From a virus: a stretch of 38,421 nt of DNA. The stretch is from IMG/VR virus record IMGVR_UViG_3300045988_170866. One strand, given 5' to 3'. This document shows positions 18,388 to 25,321 of this stretch, piece after piece. How positions within the stretch are numbered: position 1 is the stretch's first letter; every line of letters begins with the position of its first letter. The notes under the pieces were generated by a model. It saw nothing but the letters and a program-made list of their open reading frames with translations. It searched no databases and was not told the origin of the DNA. The position numbers were made by a program, and so were the translations under genes.

Positions 18388-18624
18388 TTAGAAATTTACA
18401 AAAATTAATAATGTTGGTATTGGACAATAATCTTCTTCAAAATCAATATCATAATTTTCAATTTCTAAATCAAGAATTTCTTTAGAAACTGCCTCATAAA
18501 ATCCAGGATTGAATTCTGCTATTTTTTCATATTCATTAGCGTTTTCATTACAGCTTTTCCATACTGTTACTTTTTCTAAAAGCCCGTTCTTTCTTCTAAA
18601 ACTTAATAATTCTTTTACTGTCAT
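18388..18624 (-). CDS. small protein (78 aa), distant paralog of ORF 22211..22465
   Basis: Both begin MT(V/L)K(E/D)L, have similar length, and immediately precede a cassette copy. Confidence 0.55.
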   Translation of the reverse strand: MTVKELLSFRRKNGLLEKVTVWKSCNENANEYEKIAEFNPGFYEAVSKEILDLEIENYDIDFEEDYCPIPTLLIFVNF

Positions 18625-18628
18625 TTCT

Positions 18629-19051
18629 TTATTCCTCCTTTTCTTCTAATCTATCTATTTCATCTGCATCAATGATTGTTATTGAATGCGGTCTTTTCTT
18701 AGCAGCGGGTGTCAGTTTCCACCTAAAACTGTCAGTTGTTATTCCTAAATAACTAGAACATTGTTGAACATCACCAACAAATAAAACCTCGTCCGTCTTT
18801 TCTTTATACAGTACATACTGCTTTTTATTTGATTCCTTTAACACAATTTCACCATCAAGTCTTGCTAATCTTTCAGACAAAGATTTATTTTTTTGGTATA
18901 ATCTTTTATTTTGAAATCTTAACCTTTGATTTTCTTTGATGAGGGGCAAGTATATGTTCTCGCCCCAACTGAGTAAAGCATCTCTTAATTGATCACATAG
19001 ATTTATATCTTCTTGATTCATATCATCTAGTTTTTTGGCTTCTAAATCCAT
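18629..19051 (-). CDS. hypothetical coiled-coil protein (140 aa)
   Basis: ORF with RBS, in the operon. Confidence 0.55.
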   Translation of the reverse strand: MDLEAKKLDDMNQEDINLCDQLRDALLSWGENIYLPLIKENQRLRFQNKRLYQKNKSLSERLARLDGEIVLKESNKKQYVLYKEKTDEVLFVGDVQQCSSYLGITTDSFRWKLTPAAKKRPHSITIIDADEIDRLEEKEE

Positions 19052-19061
19052 ATTTTCACCC

Positions 19062-20513
19062 CTAAACTGTATAAGTTAACGCTGAATTATCTATCATTCT
19101 TCTAGTACACCACTCATTGATAAAAGACATTTGTTCACTTGTTGGTTCTGCATTATCTTTTCTTCTTGCTTGCAGCAACACTTTATCAACAGGATCTATT
19201 TCTATTGTCACTAAGGATTTTTCTTTTTCATCTTGCTCCCTTAAAAAGAAAACTGCTGATTTGTGATGTGCTATTTTAGGAATGTAATTTCTAACACAAT
19301 GATTCATTTGATTAGATTCATCTTTCAATTCATCTATTGTCTTTGCACATCTTATGAAATATCTCTTGTTTTCTAAATTATAAGGCCTTAACATTTCTTC
19401 AAATTCAGCAATATCATCTTCATATGCTTCATCATTTAACATTTTAAGATTCTTGGACATCTTGTCATGTTCAGTTTTTAAATCTTTAGGAAACAGTCTA
19501 TTTTTATCAAGACTTATCCCTAATCTTTGAATAAAATCAACATAATCAAGCCAAAAACTGAAATCTTGGCCTTGTTTTTTTAAATAATTAACTACTTTTC
19601 TATCACTGGCATATATATTTTGTCTTTTTCGATATCTAACAGTTAAAGCATCTTTTGCAAATTTATAATCATAGGTATCTAGATCAACCATCATTTGCAT
19701 TTCAGCACTTTTAGGGTTTACTTTAGACCATATCTTGTAATAACGTTTATTTTCTTTTAAAAACTTCCTTACGTTTTCCACATCTCTTATTTCCATGTAT
19801 CGCATCAAGTCTTTAAAATACTCTCTCATTCCCATTTTTAATATGATTTCTATTTCAGGGAACATTTCATAGGTTTTAATATATTGTCTCAAATCCCATA
19901 TTTTTGAAGCTTCTAAAAGACAAGCATATTTGTATTTGGTCTTGCTGATATTCTTTTTCTTGCTGGAACCAATTATTTTACCTGTTAGCCTTACATCTCT
20001 TGCCCAAGAACTACTGCGTTGTGTTACTCTCCACTTGTCTTCGGGATCAAAAACATAATAGATGTAATACATATTTACTTTGACATTCTTTTTTACAAAT
20101 ATATTCCTATCTACATTGTATCTATAGATTTCAAAGGCTTCATAACTGAAAGAACGTGATGTTTTATTGAATCTTTTTTTGAATTCAAACGTTCTCATAA
20201 TCAGCTCATTTCTCTTGTTTACATGAGTTAGTGAAAGTAAAGCTCTAAAACCTTGTGGATTTGCTGTTTTTTTGTGAACTTCTGACTTTATTTTGCAAAT
20301 AGGACATTTTTTACGCTCACCTATTTTGATTTTTTTATCATGATACTCAGTTTCGCAATTAGTACAGTAATATGTGTTATCATTCAATCTTATTTGAATA
20401 TTCCAGTCACACCTTTTAGCTTCTTTATTGCCCTCTTTAATCAAATAATCAATCTTTTTATACTCAGGAATTGCTATCAGTTCATCTACGATTTGTTTTT
20501 TGGTAACTCTCAT
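19062..20513 (-). CDS. PcfJ-like protein
   Basis: 483 aa with an N-terminal CxxC...CxxC. The C-terminal LKDESNQMNHCVRNYIPKIAHHKSAVFFLRE matches the PcfJ signature. Confidence 0.75.
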   Translation of the reverse strand: MRVTKKQIVDELIAIPEYKKIDYLIKEGNKEAKRCDWNIQIRLNDNTYYCTNCETEYHDKKIKIGERKKCPICKIKSEVHKKTANPQGFRALLSLTHVNKRNELIMRTFEFKKRFNKTSRSFSYEAFEIYRYNVDRNIFVKKNVKVNMYYIYYVFDPEDKWRVTQRSSSWARDVRLTGKIIGSSKKKNISKTKYKYACLLEASKIWDLRQYIKTYEMFPEIEIILKMGMREYFKDLMRYMEIRDVENVRKFLKENKRYYKIWSKVNPKSAEMQMMVDLDTYDYKFAKDALTVRYRKRQNIYASDRKVVNYLKKQGQDFSFWLDYVDFIQRLGISLDKNRLFPKDLKTEHDKMSKNLKMLNDEAYEDDIAEFEEMLRPYNLENKRYFIRCAKTIDELKDESNQMNHCVRNYIPKIAHHKSAVFFLREQDEKEKSLVTIEIDPVDKVLLQARRKDNAEPTSEQMSFINEWCTRRMIDNSALTYTV

Positions 20514-20992
20514 AGGTCAAACAAGCTCATTTGTCCTTCAATTTCAGTAGATTTTTTTGCTTTTTTCTTGGCTTTTTTATTAATTTTTGGTTCTTTATGT
20601 GTATTTTTTAGTATTTTTTGAACTTTTTCTTCACTTTTTGGAATTTTTTCTTCCTGATTTGGATTATTTTGTTCTCGATTGACAAAAGAAATTTTTGACA
20701 TTTCATTCTCAATCTTTTTCATATCGATATCATCCTCATCAAGATAATGCATAACTATTCCATAAAGTTCTTCATCAGGACCAGCAACGCAAGCCATACG
20801 ATGATTATTTTTTCCTTTCAAATATTTAACATAAAGTTCGTGACCAATAAAAAGCATCATATCTTCAATGTTCTTATTTTCTTTTTTAAGCAATTCACCG
20901 GTATCGTTTCTCGATAAAAGATGATTTTTAATCATTACAATCATTGGATCATTACTGCCTTGCATCTGCTCTAAGAAATTCATCGATACCAC
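20510..20992 (-). CDS. PcfK-like protein (family that, as I recall, includes Cas9 inhibitor AcrIIA9)
   Basis: KNIEDMMLFIGHE...GPDEELYGIVMHYLDEDDID, then a Lys-rich tail ending QMSLFDL. It overlaps pcfJ by 4 nt, the typical PcfK-PcfJ pairing. Confidence 0.6.
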   Translation of the reverse strand: MVSMNFLEQMQGSNDPMIVMIKNHLLSRNDTGELLKKENKNIEDMMLFIGHELYVKYLKGKNNHRMACVAGPDEELYGIVMHYLDEDDIDMKKIENEMSKISFVNREQNNPNQEEKIPKSEEKVQKILKNTHKEPKINKKAKKKAKKSTEIEGQMSLFDL

Positions 20993-21326
20993 TCCTTATC
21001 TTTTTATCAAGAGAATCCCTATATTCCTTTTGAATTCTAACCATTTCATCTTCTGAAATCTCTTTGATAATTCTCATTTTATTTGTACACGCTCTTGTAT
21101 TAAGGCTATTGTCTGTTGAAATTTGGCCGAGCGCTTCAACGATGCAATAACGATTGCCACATCGTCTTGGATAATAATCAAACACTCCAAAAGGTTCAGT
21201 GCAAAAATGCATCCCATTTCTAACAGTCTTTGGATCACCATCAACTTCAAAAGTCTTTCCAACCTCGAACTGCATTCCCATTCCTCTTAATTTGCTGTCA
21301 AACCCTTTGTAACCTATGACACTCAT
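20952..21326 (-). CDS. conserved phage hypothetical protein (124 aa)
   Basis: The GYKGF...G..F.VGKT....G.HFC..PF.VFDYY pattern recurs in phage proteins of unknown function. Confidence 0.6.
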   Translation of the reverse strand: MSVIGYKGFDSKLRGMGMQFEVGKTFEVDGDPKTVRNGMHFCTEPFGVFDYYPRRCGNRYCIVEALGQISTDNSLNTRACTNKMRIIKEISEDEMVRIQKEYRDSLDKKIRSGIDEFLRADARQ

Positions 21327-21916
21327 TTCTCATATGCCTTCTTTTCACTTTCAACGTCTTCCATAGAAACCGTAAAATAAGCCTTATAGTAATTGAAAGT
21401 AGCGTTTTTATCATATTCAGTCTTATGCAAGATGATATATTGCTTGTTTTTGCTTAGAAATACATCGCATGGGCCGAATTTTTCAATCGATCTAGCATAT
21501 GAATCCTTTAAACAAAATCTTGAATAGATAGCAATTTTGGACGTTGCTCCAAACTCTCCTGGATTAATTCCACAAATAGAACCACCACTTGTGTTTGTAC
21601 ATTCAACAATTGCTCTATATGTTGTTTCTTTTTTTTCATTGAAGCCAATAGAAGATAATCTATAAATGTTTCCAGGAAGCTTACATAGCTCATATTCCTT
21701 TTCTTGATCCAATTCTTCAAAAACTGATACTCCATTGATGAAACCTTGAATTTTGATACAAATATCATTGGTTTTACAGTGCAATCCAGCATCATTTAGA
21801 AATAATGTGCTGTTTCCATCTTTACCAATCAATGTGAATACACCTTTTACATATTTATAAAGTGGATTTGCTTGAACGATATCCATTTTTACTTTAGCTG
21901 CTTGTTCCTTTTCCAT
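21323..21916 (-). CDS. hypothetical protein (197 aa)
   Basis: Long ORF with a 4-nt overlap with the downstream gene. Confidence 0.6.
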   Translation of the reverse strand: MEKEQAAKVKMDIVQANPLYKYVKGVFTLIGKDGNSTLFLNDAGLHCKTNDICIKIQGFINGVSVFEELDQEKEYELCKLPGNIYRLSSIGFNEKKETTYRAIVECTNTSGGSICGINPGEFGATSKIAIYSRFCLKDSYARSIEKFGPCDVFLSKNKQYIILHKTEYDKNATFNYYKAYFTVSMEDVESEKKAYEK

Positions 21917-22097
21917 TTTTCTTCACTCCTTTTCTTCTTGGATATAATGTTAAAACCGCCTTTTGATACAATTCAGAGGATTTATATAATCTATAGCCAA
22001 TAAGCTGATAATCCTCAGCATACATTTGATTGTATGTTTCTATCATATCTTCATAATTGATACATGTGAAAGATTCATATTTGTACCTTTTGGCCAT
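21894..22097 (-). CDS. hypothetical protein (67 aa), first gene after cassette B
   Basis: ATG at 22097 follows gggggtgaaaaatc. Confidence 0.5.
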   Translation of the reverse strand: MAKRYKYESFTCINYEDMIETYNQMYAEDYQLIGYRLYKSSELYQKAVLTLYPRRKGVKKNGKGTSS

Positions 22098-22210
22098 GAT
22101 TTTTCACCCCCTGAAACCTATATTTTCATTACGTTTAACCCTATATTAAACGTAATTATATAAATCTCTTGAAACCCTTATGTACCAATGGTTTTGAGAG
22201 ATTTTTTATA
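22098..22210 (-). repeat. intergenic cassette copy B (hairpin plus perfect 11-7-11 palindrome)
   Basis: ATTACGTTTAA (22128-22138), ccctata, TTAAACGTAAT (22146-22156). The hairpin arms are at 22162-22169 and 22196-22204. It is homologous to 18220-18387. Confidence 0.8.
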
Positions 22211-22465
22211 TTAAAAACTTTGTTGATTTTTTAAACCTCTTTTTTTAACGAATTTGAAATTTATTTTTATCATTAGACAGCCTAATATTTTATTGCCGTC
22301 TAGCGTATAGGTTGGTGCAACTGACAACACCTCTTTATTTAATAGTTCTTCTTCTATGCCGGTTGCATCTATAGCTTTTATCGTCTGTAACGGTTCTTCA
22401 TCTTTACCACGTATGAATAGCATTCCCGATGGCGTTAATGTCATTACTAAATCTTTTAATGTCAT
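22211..22465 (-). CDS. small protein (84 aa), distant paralog of ORF 18388..18624
   Basis: MTLKDL... start, in the same position relative to its cassette. Confidence 0.55.
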   Translation of the reverse strand: MTLKDLVMTLTPSGMLFIRGKDEEPLQTIKAIDATGIEEELLNKEVLSVAPTYTLDGNKILGCLMIKINFKFVKKRGLKNQQSF

Positions 22466-22481
22466 TTTCTTACTCCTTTCT

Positions 22482-23420
22482 CTAATATTTGATAGCTTCT
22501 ACTTTTCTCTTCTTCTCTTGTTGAGAGGTATTCGTGTAGATAGCTGTTGTTTGAATAGATCCGTGACCCATTATCTTTGCAAGCTCAGATAGTGAAGCTT
22601 GGCCATTTTGGTGTACCCACTGAATGCCAAACATATGCCGAAAAGCATGGGGATGGGCCTTTTCTAATGAAATCCCTCTACATTGGCCACAAATCTTCTT
22701 GATCCTGTTTTCGATGGTTTTTTTAGCTAACATCTTGTTTTTATCCTTAACTCCGGGAAACAAATAGCCTTGTTCAATCTTGTTTTCCTTAGCATATTTT
22801 AATAATTCTCTTCTAAGGTCATTTCTTAATGGTACTTGTCTCAATTTTCCTTTGTTGTAGACCTCTATATAGCCTTTCTTCTCTTGGATGTTTTCAAGAG
22901 TGAAGAACTTCAATTCACTCAGTCTTATCCCTGTGTAACCAAACACTTTCATGATCATATAAGTGTCTTGTTGACCAATTTTCTTGGCCATTTTCAGCAT
23001 TCTCTTAAATTCACTCGGTTCTAGCACATTTTCAAGACTTGTTTTTTCTTGCTCTCTGATTGCTTTAAGTGAATAATTGTCTGAAATATGCTTTTTCAAC
23101 TTCTTTTTAGAAAAATCATCAACTTCCATCAGTTCAATAAACTTCATAAACTTATTGATAATGACAATGTAATTGTTAATGGTTTTAGTTGCATACTTCT
23201 CTTGCATTTTTTTCTTGTAAGCTATCATGTCTTTTTTTGTAACTTCTTCATTTTCGATAAAATCAATGAACTTTGTAAGAACTAGCTTATACTTGTTGTA
23301 TGTCGATTCCGTTTTTTCGTCCATGATTTCTTCATCGATGAACTGTTCCAAATAACTGTTCATCATAGATTTTGTTATCTTGATGTTAATTCTTTTGAAT
23401 TCCTCCGCCATATCTCTCAA
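22482..23420 (-). CDS. tyrosine recombinase (XerC/D-like; second recombinase of the phage)
   Basis: Catalytic motifs are GIRLSEL (Arg), HPHAFRHMF (H-x-x-R) and GHGSIQTTAIYT (H...Y). The TTG start at 23420 overlaps the rep TGA (TTGA), preceded by ggaggaatat. Confidence 0.85.
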   Translation of the reverse strand: MRDMAEEFKRINIKITKSMMNSYLEQFIDEEIMDEKTESTYNKYKLVLTKFIDFIENEEVTKKDMIAYKKKMQEKYATKTINNYIVIINKFMKFIELMEVDDFSKKKLKKHISDNYSLKAIREQEKTSLENVLEPSEFKRMLKMAKKIGQQDTYMIMKVFGYTGIRLSELKFFTLENIQEKKGYIEVYNKGKLRQVPLRNDLRRELLKYAKENKIEQGYLFPGVKDKNKMLAKKTIENRIKKICGQCRGISLEKAHPHAFRHMFGIQWVHQNGQASLSELAKIMGHGSIQTTAIYTNTSQQEKKRKVEAIKY

Positions 23421-24307
23421 ATATTCCTCCTTTCCCTTTCATCTTTGTTTTTGACTCTCATTTGTACGTAGATGTAGTACATATGGTTAGTCTTGTTGTA
23501 TCTAACCTCATGTGATAGATACTGTTTTGATTTGTAGTTGGAGTTCATAAATTGAGAAATCAATGAAGTATCACTTATCATTTTGCTGATTTTCTTTTTG
23601 GAGAAAACTGTGTAGCTTTTTCTTTCGACTGGTTGCTTCAAGTTTTTGGATGATTTCCAGCGTTTCTTGCCTTTTGGGTCTTTGGAAATATAGTTGGCAA
23701 TTCCTGTCAATCCAAATTCATCCGGTTCAAGTTCCTCTACTTCCGTCCTTGTTCCATTCTTCCAAAGGTTTTTCATAACCTTTCTATCAATTCCTTTTTC
23801 TATCAGCAAATGATGATGCATTCTTATTTTCTTTGCAGGATCATACTCGGTTACATATATCCATTTGGCATTTGGCAAACCAGCTTTCTTTCTTCGATAG
23901 TTGATTCTTCTAATGTAATTGCGGACTTCTTTCTCACCTTCTTCAACTGTTGGCGGCAAGTTCTCGCTGCTGTAAGTTAGATGGATTGCCCAATCGTCCA
24001 AATCAAAATTAGCGTTGATTAATCTTATAAGCCTCTTTCTAGAATTTTTCTCGTTCAAATTTTTCTGAGCTTTCTTTGACGGTTTTCTAGGAGGCTTATA
24101 ATTTTCTATATCTTTCTTATTGAATGTTGGATAAATCTCTACTTCAAACTGATTTCCTGATCTGATTGTTTTTGTAGTATAGTGATGGTCTATCTTGTTT
24201 GTTCTTAGCAGTTCATCTATGTATTTATCTTTTAGACTGTCTATTGGCGTGTCATAGAAATTCTCATAATCATAGTCTATTTCTCTATATCTTCTTTTCG
24301 TTGACAT
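23417..24307 (-). CDS. HUH-type rolling-circle replication initiator (Rep)
   Basis: Three motifs in canonical order: WAIHLTYS (motif 1), RMHHHLLIE (HUH) and GIANYISKD (catalytic Tyr). Confidence 0.65.
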   Translation of the reverse strand: MSTKRRYREIDYDYENFYDTPIDSLKDKYIDELLRTNKIDHHYTTKTIRSGNQFEVEIYPTFNKKDIENYKPPRKPSKKAQKNLNEKNSRKRLIRLINANFDLDDWAIHLTYSSENLPPTVEEGEKEVRNYIRRINYRRKKAGLPNAKWIYVTEYDPAKKIRMHHHLLIEKGIDRKVMKNLWKNGTRTEVEELEPDEFGLTGIANYISKDPKGKKRWKSSKNLKQPVERKSYTVFSKKKISKMISDTSLISQFMNSNYKSKQYLSHEVRYNKTNHMYYIYVQMRVKNKDERERRNI

Positions 24308-24389
24308 GTTAATATCTATTACAAGCTTGATTAGGACACCCTTCCTATACCTTTTCTATCGATTACATCTACACATTTTCAAATACATA

Positions 24390-24461
24390 TGCTATAATCA
24401 ATGTGTCGAGAAAAGTATTGGAAAGGTGTCGTCAATTATTTAATTGATGGCTTCTTTTTTT
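24390..24461 (+). ncRNA. candidate antisense countertranscript RNA in the rep leader
   Basis: Extended -10 TGcTATAAT at 24390-24398 on the plus strand. A 10-bp hairpin (24428-24437 / 24442-24451) followed by TTCTTTTTTT lies in a region where all genes are on the minus strand. Confidence 0.35.
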
Positions 24462-24774
24462 ATGAGAATTTTTCAATAATAAAATCATGCATTTCGTCAT
24501 GATCTTCATTATTCAACGTGTCATTTACCGCTAAAAGAAAATTGACATTTCTAGCTCCTGTGTTATAAAGAGCAAACGCACATCTAGATAGCTCTACTAA
24601 GTCATTGACGGCATATTCTTCTACTACATCATCAAATGAAACGCCGTCCTCAAATCTATGAACATCACAATTCCAATTAGCAACCATAGTCAAATAATCC
24701 TTAAATACATTTTTATATGTGTATTTTTTTTGCAATACATTGATTTGATCCACAACATAATCCACATACTTCAT
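24460..24774 (-). CDS. hypothetical acidic protein (104 aa)
   Basis: ATG at 24774 follows gaaaggagaaaggaaa. The longer track form would run into the upstream hairpin arm. Confidence 0.55.
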   Translation of the reverse strand: MKYVDYVVDQINVLQKKYTYKNVFKDYLTMVANWNCDVHRFEDGVSFDDVVEEYAVNDLVELSRCAFALYNTGARNVNFLLAVNDTLNNEDHDEMHDFIIEKFS

Positions 24775-24800
24775 TTTCCTTTCTCCTTTCAAAGTGAAAA

Positions 24801-24989
24801 AATAGGCTATTATTGAAAACATACAAATCTTTCACAAACTCTTCATAGTCTTAAATTTTTTTGGAGGTAATTTAAAAATTGAAACCTATGTCAAATAATA
24901 GCCTATAGAGCTTATTTATCAGCTCTTAGCAAATATAGAGAAGAACATGGCTAGTAGCAGTTAAAGGAAGTCTCTATACTTGCTAAGAG
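24801..24989 (-). other. structured intergenic region (two long inverted repeats)
   Basis: AATAGGCTATTATTGA (24801-24816) pairs with TCAAATAATAGCCTAT (24891-24906). CTCTTAGCAAATATAGAG (24923-24940) pairs with CTCTATACTTGCTAAGAG (24972-24989) with one mismatch. Confidence 0.7.
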
Positions 24990-25007
24990 ACAACAAACAG
25001 TTATCTC

Positions 25008-25319
25008 TTAATTCAATATTTTTAAAAGCTTGTCTAATATCACATCTTTTCTTTCATCATTCTTTTTCTCCATTCTTTCGATGATGGTGTCAGCAAAGCT
25101 TTTTAAACAAGCGGCAGCTGGTCTTAACATCCTATCAAGCTCCTCATTAGAAATTTCTAAGTCTTTTAAGAGGTCTTTTGTTAGTTGGCTGCCTTGAACT
25201 CTGCATTCAATCCCGTCTTTGGATGTTGCTACTAATTCCATAGCAATCAAATGGATATCGGGTAATTTTCCCCCCCCGTCTTTTAATTTTTGGATTATTG
25301 CTTCTAATAACTCATTCAT
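25008..25319 (-). CDS. hypothetical protein (103 aa) carrying a G8 homopolymer near its 5' end
   Basis: ORF with RBS. The C8 run on the plus strand at 25270-25277 encodes D-G-G-G-K. Confidence 0.55.
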   Translation of the reverse strand: MNELLEAIIQKLKDGGGKLPDIHLIAMELVATSKDGIECRVQGSQLTKDLLKDLEISNEELDRMLRPAAACLKSFADTIIERMEKKNDERKDVILDKLLKILN

Positions 25320-25321
25320 AT

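Noticed and set aside
21074-21795. Minus-strand alternative-frame ORFs 21074..21262 and 21508..21795. The same situation applies to 3589..3783, 13581..13811 and 34484..34777.
   Set aside because: They are nested out of frame within, or straddle junctions of, better-supported genes. They have no RBS and an implausible composition.
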